Source: Callorhinchus milii (taxonomy: Eukaryota). From it: a stretch of 64,000 nucleotides of DNA. Positions 28,701 to 41,588 of this stretch are shown here, piece after piece. The stretch is taken from NCBI RefSeq assembly GCF_018977255.1, contig NW_024704742.1:95420001-95484000 (forward strand), in the 5' to 3' direction. Both the position numbers and the translations under genes were made by a program. The notes below the pieces were generated by a model. It worked only from the letters and a program-made list of their open reading frames with translations, was not told the DNA's origin and searched no databases. How positions within the stretch are numbered: position 1 is the stretch's first letter; each line of letters opens with the position of its first letter.

Positions 28701-29382
28701 ATAATCAAGCACTATAGCCATGTTTCGAACACAGTGTGCACTCTATCTTCAAAAGGATATTGAACAAGAATAATCCTATGATTTAAAGCTCTGGGTTATT
28801 ACAATGCTGAATCTCACAAAGTAGAACCTGTTCTTGTTAGAAAACGAGTGTCTTCTTCCCCTCCCCCGAAGAGCCATACCTTGGACCTGGGACAACTGGA
28901 GACGCAGTAAAACCAGATTTCTGGTGCTCATTTGATAATTACGTGTGATAGAAAGTGGTCAACTTCCAGAGCGCCAGGTTACCACTTTTTGCACATGATA
29001 TTCCTCCCGACGTGAAAAGTGCTGTACAAATGCAATTTGAATGTTGCTGATGTTATTTCTTATGAGCAGGCAGCAATACTGATGACACTTCATGAAGCAG
29101 ATGTTTTATGCATGTAGTGAGCATGCCCAGCACTTAGGAAGTAACATCAGCAATAACTTTATGGCCCAGAAGTTGGTTATTCCTTTTGCCCTTTGGATTG
29201 GACCCAGATGATCGCGTTCTAATGAGATTTTCCTGTTTTGACTGTTTGCATCCATTCACACGTAGCAAGATACAGACCAAAGCTGGTACACTACATGTTT
29301 TAGTTCCTCAAATTTAAAGGCGTTAAACGTATGGTGTTATTTTCAAAAAAAGGAAAAATTGTCATTTAATAACTCTGATTAA

Positions 29383-29481
<99 letters not shown>

Positions 29482-29829
29482 TAAAGTACAAATAGATGTG
29501 GTCATGCAAAGGGCCCCACCTTTTCTCCAGCAATCCTGGTTAGTAAACACTGAGTGACATTAGAAACAAAATGTCTGACTTGTTCACATTTACTACTGAT
29601 ACTAGAATATAAGACGTTTTTTTCTGAGGGGGAAGAGGGTTGGGGCTATGCACACAAGGTAGTGTATCATCAAATCAGAGAGAGCAGGAAAGTGTGAGCA
29701 ATATTTGATCATGCTCTGTGCTCTGAGCTGAGTAAACTGATGGCAGTATGGTCAGTTATGAGTGCTGGTAGATTAGCCTGTTCAGGGGGACGTTAAAGAT
29801 CCCATGGCACTATGATCCCAATATCCTGG

Positions 29830-30205
29830 ATAACAAGAGCCATTCTTACCTACACATCCCTATGTGTCCTGAGCTGCCCGATCTCTGTAACATTCTCCAG
29901 CCTCACTCTCCTGCTTGCCGTCTCTGTAAAGCAAACCTGGGTCTGGGTGCATTCCTCACCCACTTTGGCCCACTCAGGGTATCCAATCCTTCAAACACTA
30001 TGCCCATAATTCTGGAAGCCCTTCCTTAAATCCCTCCACCTTGCCCTTCTAAATCTGTCTTTAAAAGCCTCCTGTAAACCTATCTCTTTGACTGTGCTCC
30101 TGTCACCTCCTCCTTCTCCTGCCCTTTGTGCTTGGTGTCTTGCACCATCTCTGAAAAGTTGTTACCCTATGTAAAAGGTGCTATATAAATGAAAATTGTT
30201 ATTAT
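29830..30205 (+). mobile_element. Old L2 LINE 3' fragment
   Basis: C-rich L2-like 3' ORF end (TTTAAAAGCCTCCTGTAAACCTATCTCTTTGAC) and GGTGCTATATAAATG tail. Confidence 0.7.
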
Positions 30206-30259
30206 CGTGTTGTAAGATTTGTGACAACGCAATACTTATTAGACTGTAATCTTTTCCAG

Positions 30260-30381
30260 ATGCACACTAGCACAGAGCCGAAGTTCGTATTCTTTATGCA
30301 GGCAGCTGATAACTGATGTTGAGAATCTGGATTCGCAACTCCCTTCCCCCAGCGATTCTCAAGAACATTCTGGTGTGGATG
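30260..30381 (+). CDS. FRMD3: FRMD3 coding exon: CTLAQSRSSYSLCRQLITDVENLDSQLPSPSDSQEHSGVD
   Basis: ttttccAG acceptor and GTGAGA donor; 122 nt; QSRSS.SL..QLI...LPSPS resembles FRMD3; phases fit both neighbours. Confidence 0.9.
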
Positions 30382-30674
30382 GTGAGAGCTCAGTTACATT
30401 TACACACAACCAGTCTGCTGTCCAGTAGGGAGTAGAGAAGAGATGAAAGAGATGGCTGCACTTTCATTGTCTTAACGTCCTCTGATGCATAACCAAACGG
30501 TATTTGAACTTACATCATGCTTATGAGCTGGAGGCTTTACAGTCGGTGTAGTTGTGGTAATGTTGTGCGACTGGCTATGCAGTAAAATTAAAAAAATTTA
30601 ACCAGTGTTCAGAAATGATCAATAGAGTTCTAGATACAATAATAATCCTTGCATTTGATATAGAGCCTTATTTG

Positions 30675-31253
30675 ATTTCAAGATCCTCATCCTCACCCAC
30701 AAGGCCATTCACGGCCTTGCTCCCTCCTACCTCTCCAACCTACTATCCCCCTACCTACCTGCCCGTACCCTCCGTTCCTCCGGCTCCGGTCTGCTCCACG
30801 TCCCCCGCCCCAATCGCCCTACCATCGGTGGTCGGGCCTTCAGCCTCTCAGCCCCGAGGCTCTGGAACTCTATCCCCCAGTGCCTTCGCCTTGCTTCCTC
30901 CCTCTCCTCCTTCAAGGCCGGTCTCAAAACCTTTCTCTTTGACCGAGCCTTCAGCTCCCTCTCGACTCTCTTCCCCCTCCTCGCTCCCTCCCTTCCCTCC
31001 CCTCACCCTGACCATTTCCCCCCTCCTCGCTCCCTCCCTTCCCTCCCCTCACCCTGACCATTTCCCCCCTCCTCGCTCCCTCCCTTCCCTCCCCTCACCC
31101 TGACCATTTCCCCCCTCCTCGCTCCCTCCCTTCCCTCCCCTCACCCTGACCATTTCCCCCTGCTCAGGTCATGACCCAACTGTGCAGCGCCTTGGGACGT
31201 CCTCCTGACATGAAAGGCGCTTTATAAATGGAATCTTGTTGTTGTTGTTGTTG
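30675..31253 (+). mobile_element. Young L2 3' fragment with internal tandem expansion
   Basis: Highly similar to the L2 ends at 26326 and 35207; (GTT)n tail. Confidence 0.9.
30978..31160 (+). repeat. 46-bp pyrimidine-rich tandem repeat, 4 copies
   Basis: Unit TCCTCGCTCCCTCCCTTCCCTCCCCTCACCCTGACCATTTCCCCCC; ACCATTT recurs at 31011, 31057, 31103 and 31149. Confidence 0.95.
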
Positions 31254-31989
31254 TCATGCCTTCTAGATGTCTAAAAGCGGTTCACAGAATATACTGTAAA
31301 GTGAATTGACTGTATATTTTGTGGGTGAAACTCAGTCACCAATTGCACACAGCAGTGTCTCACAAACAGTTGTGGATTGAAGTGAGCAATGTATTTTTTT
31401 TTGTTGAAGGAATTATTACCCCCGGAAACACGATCCGCTAATTGACTAACTGGGTTCCTACTTACTGCATAGATAAACAGAGGCATGAGGAGTAAGGAAA
31501 CTTGCCCAACGTTTCGCCCTGACGTGAATCAAACTCAGGTCTCTCACTTGCGAGGAAGTGCTCTTATCACTGAGCTACGGGACTCCACATATGCTTAATA
31601 TATGCTCCACATATGCTTAAATCCCTGGGAATTAGAGCAGGAATGCCCTGCTTTTAATCTCTCAGTTGCTGAAAGGCACTTCAACTTTCTTCCAGCAGAA
31701 AAATGGTGCATTAAGGCAACAGTGGATGTTGTCGGTAAGAAACTGTGCCTGTTTGTTTCTGCCCTGTGCATGTGCAGCGCCATTTCTGTGACCTACACCA
31801 AAGATTTGCTTGTATGTTGACGTTCCCTGAAGTGAGCCAGTTCACGATTGACTGAAGCACAATTTGAGTGAACTGAGGTGGATAAAATACATGAAAATGC
31901 ACCAGAGCTGTCCAATCCATTTACCCTCTCAGATATGACAAGGCAGAAGTAAGGAAATGGAAAGCTGGGAGATGAGCCAAATGAATCAG

Positions 31990-33290
31990 GAAATAGGGCC
32001 ATGGAAAGAATGAGCAGAATAATTGACTTCAATGAGTGCTTAGTCAAATGGTGTGTACAGGAGGGAATGGAAGTTGTTGATAACTGGGGTGATGTTTTCA
32101 GGCAGAAGGTACCACTTCAGGAATGATGAACTGCACATAAGTAGATGAGGAACTAAGCTGCAGGCGAAGAACATAAATATGATGTTTGTGATTCATTTAA
32201 ACTAGATTTGGAGGGCAGGCAGGAATGCTGTGGTAGATAAGAATGAGCTGAGGACCATGGACGATCAGTGGTTAATGGGTGAAGGGGAAAAGAAAATGAA
32301 ATATAAAGATTAACCAAGAAAAGGAACATGTTGCAGCATAAGCTCAGATGTTTTCAAAGTAATTTTACGTCGAGTGCAATATCATTTATACTTTGGGCTG
32401 ACAGGGCTCCAAAACACAACAGGAGTTTCTGTTGCACACTGTTTAGAACTTGCCCAGGACAGCCCTGCCCACCAACAGTGTGGGAGCAGTGTTTTATCAG
32501 ACTCAAATATAAGTCAACATCTGTTTTAAGAAGAGCTAAAATGCTGCTCTCACACTGGGAATAGAGATGCTTTCTGCTTCTCACTGCCTAGAAGCCAGGA
32601 TGTTGATATTGCATCTTCACAGGCTCTGGCTAAAACCATTCTCCCACAGTAAGTGATGGGAGTCTCAGAAGCATTCACTTCACACAAACATAAGATTCTT
32701 AAAGGGCTGGATAAAGTAGACACTGAGGGTCTGTTTCCACTGGTAGGAGAATCTATAACCAGGGGTCACAGTCTTAAAATTAAGGGTCAGCCTTTTAGAA
32801 CAGAGTTGAGGAAACATTTCTTCACTCAGAGGGTAGTGAATTTATGGAGCTTGAACCCAGAGGCGAGAATGCTACCACTGCACCAGGTTGACCTAAAAGG
32901 AGCACTAGGAAGGAAGTATTGGAATTCGAGCAGAAGGAGCCTGTGAAAACATAACTGTTATAAGAGATGTGGCTGAGAGTGAACTGTGGTCATTCAAAAG
33001 AAAAACTAACAAGAGAATACTAAATGTTTTGCAAGGAGAGGCCTGTGAAGCTGGTTGGAGGAGTGTCGTTAATGCCAATGGAGGACATAGCTGCAGTTGA
33101 GAGGGGAAATTTAACAGCTAAAGCAGGTGGCAATTGCAATCTGGGTATAAAATGTGTGAGTGTGGGGCACGGGGTGGGGGAGGCGGGATTTGTGATGTGA
33201 TAATTAGCACATGGCAGATAATGTGGTAGGGAGCATCTGTCCTCAACTGATGATGGGCAGAGCAGGACTATAACTGGTGGATTTTAAGCG
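31990..33290 (+). mobile_element. Ancient CR1 remnants: ORF1 esterase C-terminus (~31990-32210), RT 3' piece (32688-32846), endonuclease start (~33020-33290)
   Basis: SRIIDFNECLVKWCVQEGMEVVDNWG / FRNDELHI..GT (DGLHL-like); LFPLVGESITRGHSLKIKG...FFTQRVVNLW; R...GGVSL. Confidence 0.65.
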
Positions 33291-35206
33291 ACACAGAAAT
33301 TGCCGTAGTGTTTAGGAATTCTGTTGACCAAAAATAACAACAGTTCTTACGTTTGATACAGACGTCTCAAAGTACTTCACAGGATAAATTGCAAACTGAA
33401 GTGAATGTGGGCGAAACAAGGCACACAGCAATGTCCCACAAACAGAGGGGCCAATTTTATTTGGGGGATTGTTGGCTAATACTCCCTTCTCTTTTTGAAT
33501 AGAGCCATAGGATCTTTAACGTCCACTGAACAGGCAGATGGGAACTCGGTTTAACATCTCATCTGAAGGACAGCAAATATAAATTGTATTTATATTCATA
33601 CTCTGTATGAAATAAATAGATATAAAGGGCCAACAGAAACCACATTGTCAAATGCTGAGGATATTAACCATGTGACATCCACCCCCAAAATATAACAGGC
33701 GCTTGCAGAGGCTTTACTCTGAATCAGGACCTACAGCTAATGCTTCTCCAGCAATCCCCCTTCCCGCAGACTTGAATATGCAAACTGCGAGTCACAGGAT
33801 ATATACATTTCTCTGAGGGAAATGGAGTGGAGGATCAGCCTGTAAGCAACATCAAAATAGTAAATGACATCATGGAAACTATGCAGCTGTCCTGAATTAA
33901 ACTGGTCTACTTTGATTTCACATTGAGCATCGGAGAGGCGATTGTGATACATAACAAGTTGCTTCCTGCTCAGCAAGTCGGGGACAGGAACAGAAAAGTC
34001 TCACTGTTTTGCACAATTGGCTGCCGCGTTTTGCCCACAAAATATACAGACAATTTACTTTTACAGTATATTCTGTGAAGTGCTTTGAGACATCTGAAAG
34101 ACGTGATAAGGCACTATATCAAATGCAAGGATTATTATTAGTATCAGAAGTGATAGTTGCCCATTGAATACATTTTATCACAATGCCTACACAGATAAAA
34201 CTATCCCTTTAGTTTCAGAAATGAATACAAAAATTTAAACAAAAACTTCATGCTACTATATATGATACATATTAGTTATTAATAGGTGTGTGACTTATCA
34301 CTTTTGCTACTGTATAACAACCTGTTTCAACTCAAATTGGATCATTGTTAACATTGTGCATTTCACTTAATTTAAAGGCCTAAGATGGGTAATTTGGAGT
34401 TGAAGTACAGATCAGTCATGATTTAATATAATGGCAGAATAGGCTCGAGGGGCCTAATGGCCCAGTTCTGTTCCTATGTTCCTAATAATAATAGCCCTTA
34501 CATTTGATCTAGAGCCTTATCGTGTCTTCGGGACGTCTCAAAGAGCTTCACACAATATACTGCAGTAAATTTTGTGGAGTTTTATGGAGTAAGGAAACTT
34601 GACTTACTTTACTCCACAAAAGGAATAGTGAAGGTTTGCCTAACTTTAGTAGAAAAAGAGCATTAGTTTTGCTACAATGCCATCACAGGCATCTAACTTC
34701 ATGATGTGTTTCTAAGTGATTTATGATATTGCATTGTGCGCACAGTAATAAGAGAAGATACCAAATGCTTTTCTGTGAAGACAACAAATTCCTTTGGTCT
34801 ACAGAATGCTGCTCTGACACAATTCTTCATTGCCTGTATAAGCTTAAGTAGAAGGTTATAAAAAGGATTAAAGATTGGTTACAGTGACTGGATTAAATAA
34901 AATAAACGTCAGTAATGTTCTTTTGCTAATAATTGCAGTCATTCTTCCGTTGAACCTTTGTGAATTGGATGGTTACCATGAAGAGTACATTAGATTGCTC
35001 AGTGTTGTATTTCCCTTCTGAGAGGATTTTGTCACTAACTGTGCTGTGACAGGAGGAATACCTTGTCCCTGAATCTGGAATGTAATTACATGTTTTAAAA
35101 ATCTTTGAATATACAAGATATATAAATGTTATAAATATATAAATATACATATATATAAATGTTTGCTGCTGCTGTATCACATTCCTTCTCCCTGCTGCCT
35201 TACTTT

Positions 35207-35746
35207 ACAACAATAACAACAACAAGATTCCATTTATTGAGCGCCTTTCACGTCGGGAGGACGTCCCAAGGCGCTGTACAGTTGGGTCAGGACCCGAGCA
35301 GGGGGAAATGGTCAGGGTGAGGGGAGGGAAGGGAGGGAGCGAGGAGGGGGTAGAGAGTCGAGAGGGGAGCTGAAGGCACGGTCAAAGAGAAAGGTCTTGT
35401 GTGAGACCGGCCTTGAAGGAGGAAAGGGAGGAGGCGGCGAAGGCACTGGGGATAGAGTTCCAGAGCCTAGGGGCTGAGAAGCTGAAGGCCCGGCCCGGCG
35501 GTTGGGGCGGGGGATGTGGAGCAGACCGGAGCCAGAGGAATGGAGGGTACGGGTAGGTAAGTAGGGGGATAGTAGGTCAGAGAGGTAGGAGGGAGCAAGG
35601 CCGTGAATGGCCTTGTAGGTTAGGATGAGGATCTTGAATTCGATCCTCTGGGGGATGGGGAGCCAGTGGAGGCGAGCGAGGGTGGAGTGATACGGTCGTG
35701 AAGCCTGGTGCGGGACAGTACACGAGCTGCAGAGTTCTGAATGACC
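35207..35746 (-). mobile_element. Young L2 3' fragment
   Basis: Same subfamily as 26326; [13 protein letters not shown] remnant; (GTT)n tail. Confidence 0.9.
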
Positions 35747-38294
35747 GTTCCTGTGGCCCTATATTTTGAAGGGGGACAGGTTTGCCTTTCATGTGCTTGG
35801 GTGCTTGAATTGTCATTCAAAGATGAGGGTCAGGCAGGTTAAGAAATTTCACACCTATATATATATTCCAAGATTTTTAAAACATGGTGTAATAATTATA
35901 TTCCATATAGGGACAAGGTATAGCTCTAGTTTTTGTTATTATTGTTGTTAGCGAGTGGTGATATGCACTCAGCTTCTGCTGAATTCTCAGTCTGAACTTT
36001 ACTGCAATGGTGATACCTGGAGCTAAGAGTTTCTCTTCACTGTGTAGGAAAATATTTCCCCAGGCAACTCTCAAACATTACCTGGTGACTGGGTCAGAGT
36101 GTAGTCACAGTCAGTGAGCAGGTTACGGGATGAATGAGCCAGGGGGGAATAAATAAAGAAAACAAATAATATTGAACAGTCATTCAAAGATCAAAGACAA
36201 AGAAAATGTAATAGTATTTATTCTAAATCGTGTTTGGTACAGGATTTCAGCTCCGATCATGGCAAGTGCTTTATAAATAACTCTGGAATGAAAGCCATCA
36301 TTTCCCTTGTGCCCAGTACTTGGTCAGAGAGTTCACAATCAGTGGATACACTGGGATCTTTTCTTGCCCTGTTGTTGGAGTTGGCTGGCAGAGACTGTGA
36401 GGCTTCTTGACTGGGGACAAAATGTTTGCCATCTAGGCCTGTGGACTGAAGTACTGAAGGATGATCATGGTGAAAGGCCGATTGAAAGTCCCTACCAGGA
36501 GCAGCCTTCATCTCTGTATGGTGAACCACTGCTCCACAGATATGTACATTTGATTATTGAAGCATGGACCAAAGGTCATAGCCAGGGGAATCGGTAATGT
36601 CTCATTTCTTTAATAATAACTGAGTTTCTGCATGAATGTTTCCTTTTGATACATTTTTGATTTGGTGGAAAAATTCCCCAGGTTAATATAAATAAACCTG
36701 GAGGTCCATTCTGTTAGTCGGGGAAATCAGGTGCTTGCCTCCTTTCATGAGCTGGCTGGTATTTTTGTTGACTATATTAAAAATTATTGAGTCTGTGTAT
36801 TTGTACTTCATTCCATGTAAACACATCCTTTCCATTTTGGGGGATATTTAAGATTTTAAAAGGTACATCTAAGATTGGTAGCAGGAGATTTAATAGGGAG
36901 TTTAGGAGAACTTCTTCACACAGAGGATGGTGATTAAAATGTGGAATTCATTGCTGTGGTTGGTAGCCCTTCTGCCTCTGAGTCAAAAGGTTGTGTGTTC
37001 AAGCCCCAAGTTGAGACTTGGAACTCATATAACCCAGACTGTCACTCTAAAGCAGTGGTGAATTGTCAAAAGTTACCTTCCTTTGTATGAGATGTCAAAC
37101 CAAGGTCCTGTTTGCATGTTCGGATGGATGTTAAAGATCTCATGGCACTATTTGAAAAGTCTATTCGGTGTCCTGGCCAACAATTCCACAAATAAAACTG
37201 GTCATTAATAATAATAAATTGGTCACTTAATCCATGACTGCTTGTGGGACACTGCTGTGCGCAATTGGCTGCCGTGTTTCGCCCACAAAATATACAATCA
37301 ATTCACTTAACAGGATATTCTGTGAAGCACTTTGAGACATCTCAAAGACATGATTAGGTGCTATATCAAATGCAAGGATTATTATTATTATATAATTATT
37401 ATTTACAGTATATCCTGTGATGTGCTTTGAGAAGTCCTCCCCATGTGAAAGGCGATATATTTCATATAAGGATTGTTATAATTATTATTTGATATCAAAA
37501 GCATCAATGTATCTCAATCAAAATGATACATACAAGAGGGAGAACAGACTAAAGGGGAATAGGAGGGGTGGGGCTTGTGTGGGATACATGGACTAGTTAA
37601 ACTGAATGAGCGGTTTCCTTTCACATTATTCCTCACTGTGTGTCATAGGAATAATGTGAAAGGGATTCATAACCTGTAACAGTGGTAGTTTAGAACATGA
37701 TACAGGAATTAATGATATAATGGAGGCAGTGGTGCCCGATTATCACAGAGTGGATAAAACTTTGATTCTTATCAGAGATTAAAGAAATAAACGAGCGAGA
37801 TGATTGGAGGACATTATTACACTGGGTGAAACACAGCCACACTATCTCCAAACACATCAGTGAATTCCCTTATCTGTTGTGACAAAGGAACGCATTCTCG
37901 CTGCATTAATGGCAAGCCTTTTATTCTTTTAAAATATTAACCCCTGCTGTTGTGAAGGTATCTAAAAATAAGCACCAATTTGTGGATGTTTAGGAGATGA
38001 GAAAATTTTTGTTAAAATAAGCAGGTTTTTAAAAATCATTGGCATGGATAGTTCAGGATTATAGATTGAAATGGTGCACCTGGATGATGGGGGGAAGCTA
38101 ACTAAAGCTACTTTGTTTCTTGGAATACTATGCACAGACCAGTATTTGTATCTGCAGTAAATGCCAAGCAACACCGGTTTGCAATTTGTCAGGCATTTTT
38201 TTAACATATATTGTGACAAATGCGTAATAAGTTAGAATTATCTATGTCCTTTTGAGGGATTTTGTGGGGTCAAACCTGCTAAAAGTAGGCGGGA

Positions 38295-39042
38295 TGATAC
38301 AGCTTTGGTGTTAGAGCACTTGCCTTGCAAGGAAGAGACCTGGATTTGATTCCCGGCATGGCAAAATGTTGGGCGAGTTTCCTTAATCCACATGTCTCTG
38401 TTTACCTAGCAGTAAATAGAGACTCGGTTGTTAGTCGATTGACGGATCGCTTTTGCGGGGGTAATAATTCCTTGAAAAAAATCAATAAATTAGTCACTTC
38501 AATCCACGACTGTTTGTGGGACACTGTTGTGTGCAATTGGCTGCCGCGTTTTTTTACACAAAATATACAGTCAATTCACTTTACAGTATATTCTGTGAAG
38601 TGCTTTGAGTCATGTCGAAGACTTGATAAGGCACTATATCAAAATGCAAGTATCATTATTATTATTTACATGCTGAGTGTTGGATTGCCCACGAGAGAGT
38701 TGGAGGTTTGTCAGTTGAGATTGAGTAGCTAATTTCCTGGAGATAAATGGAGAGATGGATTGCTCCTGTTTTATTTGTTTCCTCTGTGGTACTAAGGGCG
38801 AAACCTTTGGCAAGTTTCCTTACTCCACATGCCTGATAATAATCCCTCAAAAAAAAGAAAAAAATAATAATTTGGTCACTTAATTCACAATTGTTTGTGG
38901 GACACTGCTGTGCGCAATTGGCTGCTGCATTTCGCCCATAAAATACACAGTCAATTCACTTTACAGTATAATCTGTGAAGCGCTTTGAGACATCTAGAAG
39001 ACATAAAAAGTGCTATATCAAATGCAAGGATTATTATTATTA
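38295..39042 (+). mobile_element. Long-subfamily SINE (~38295-38665) and a headless short-subfamily SINE (~38795-39042)
   Basis: Both match the SINE consensus; the first carries the CTCTGTTTACCTAGCAGTAAATAG block. Confidence 0.85.
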
Positions 39043-39189
39043 TAATATCACCTATTGGCTTACATTTGTCCCCTTGGAAGCATTTTGAAGCAGGAAAAGC
39101 AGTACCAACTGCATTGGTCAGATTTTGAGAGAGCCAGTGATCAAGAAGAAATAAAAATCACGTGGCCCAGAGTGTTACAGTGGGCAAAA

Positions 39190-39425
39190 CCACTCTGCCC
39201 CACCCTCTGGAACTCCATCCCGCAGTCCTTTCCGCCTCGCCCCCTCCCTTGCTTCCTTCAAGACCAATCTCAAGACCCTCCTCTTCGACTGTGCTTTCGA
39301 TCAACCACCTTTCCCCCCGCCCTCCACCCTCCCTGATCCTGACCTTTAATTCGGGTCCAAAACAATGACTGTCCAGGACCTTGGGACGTCCTCCCGATAT
39401 GAAAGGCGCTATATAAATATAACTT
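39190..39425 (+). mobile_element. L2 3' fragment
   Basis: CTCTGGAACTCCATCCC...TTCAAGACC...GGGACGTCCTCCCGATATGAAAGGCGCT tail. Confidence 0.8.
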
Positions 39426-40919
39426 TGCAGTACTCTGCTCTCACACACCATCTAGTAGTTAGCTGTGGATTGGCAAAGTCATTGGAACAGGGCACACCTG
39501 CCCATCAGCTTAGTTGCAGGATCATGTGAGAAACAGGCGACCAAGAGAGGGGAAAGAAAAGAAATACCCATGGCAAAATTGGGCACTTTTATGTGTTAAG
39601 GAAATGAAATTGTTTGTTTTATTCAATGCTACTGCACAGTTTTGTCTTTGTGTTAAAAGCTGCTAAATAGAAATAAATACTGCTCTTTGTGTGGGTTTGC
39701 AAGAATTGTATTGGGGATAATAACAGTGAAGAAAATAGTTCCTCTCTAGTTTTTAGGAGATACACAGGAAAATAAAAAAATCATAGAATCTTAATGAGGC
39801 TGTTAGCAACTTCTGACCCTCTACTCAGGGATATGTAAAATGACTTTTGTAACTTTTATATTAAAAAAACACAGCCAGGGCTAGAATAGCCTGAGATGAA
39901 TGTTAATCTACAATTTGTTGAACAAAGGTGAGAATACTTAAGTCAAAGCAGCAGACAAATGGAAGCCAAGTGACATTTAAAAAACAAGAGCTGAGCTGTA
40001 GGTGGCATTTTATAAAGATAAGAAAAGTCTTTACGAACAAGCAGCTCCAAAAGGATTAAAAGGCAAAATGAATGCAAACTAATCCCTTGAAGGACACTTC
40101 TGTGTGGTAGAGGTGCTTTAGATGTTTGCAATGCGTAAAATAACTTTGAGCTAGAGGAAGTTAATATTGTCTGGGAAGAAATAATAGCAAACTGTTCAAA
40201 ATAAAGGAAAAGATTTTTGAAAGATTGTTCCACTAAAAAGCCTTGCAGTTATGCATTCTGTGTGAGTCTCAAGTTGTCTGAGGGTTGTATATAATTTGGC
40301 TGTAGCAGAAACAAACTTTACTTGCTCAGAATGCAATAGGATATCATGCTCCAAACATTTCATAGTTCCAGGGTTTGCAGACTGAGAATGTTAAGAGTTA
40401 ATAGGCCAGAATATCTGTTCCAGTTACAATAAAAAGAGGATTTATCAAGATTAATTACCCACAGTTATAAGTGAGGAAGATTAATTAGAAAGCTGAACCT
40501 AGTAACTGTTAATAGTACCTTTGCCAAAATTTATATATTTTCAGTGACTGAATTTATATATTTTCAGGGAGTAACGCAAAGCAACTGAAACTGGCTTGCA
40601 TGATGGCTCAGTAGGCAATGCAATAGGTCAAGTGGTGTAGAACTCTATCTGGCTTGGATAATCTTAAGCATGGTGATTTTGTTTTACAGCAACAACAGCA
40701 ACTTACATTTATTTTCCGGACAGCTATCCATTACCTCTAATTCTCTGACACAATCTGCCTCTAGTATCATAACACATAATCACCATTTTCTGAGGAAAGT
40801 AATGTTTGTGCAATTTCCAAAAGAGGACTGGTGTAACGGAGAGAGTTTAGAGAAGAGTAAAAAGGCTGATTCTGGGCTTTCGCATCCATTTCATAATTGA
40901 AAGACCTAACTTAAAGTAA

Positions 40920-41588
<669 letters not shown>

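Larger units (their letters stand above)
26272..28717. mobile_element. Candidate non-autonomous DNA transposon (or inversion scar) bounded by a 24-bp inverted repeat, with a nested L2 and SINE
   Basis: Left CTATAGTGCTTGATTAATATTTTA (26272-26295) is the reverse complement of 28364-28375 + 28706-28717 once the SINE is removed. Confidence 0.5.
30636..31588 (-). mobile_element. Long-subfamily SINE (30636-30670 + 31254-31588) split by a + strand L2
   Basis: SINE tail at 30636-30670 continues after the L2 (GTT)n tail as CATGCCTTCTAGATGTC...GACTCCAC. Confidence 0.85.

Noticed and set aside
30978..31160. Regularly spaced repeats resembling a CRISPR array
   Set aside because: No unique spacers, vertebrate context, and the unit derives from an L2 3' UTR.
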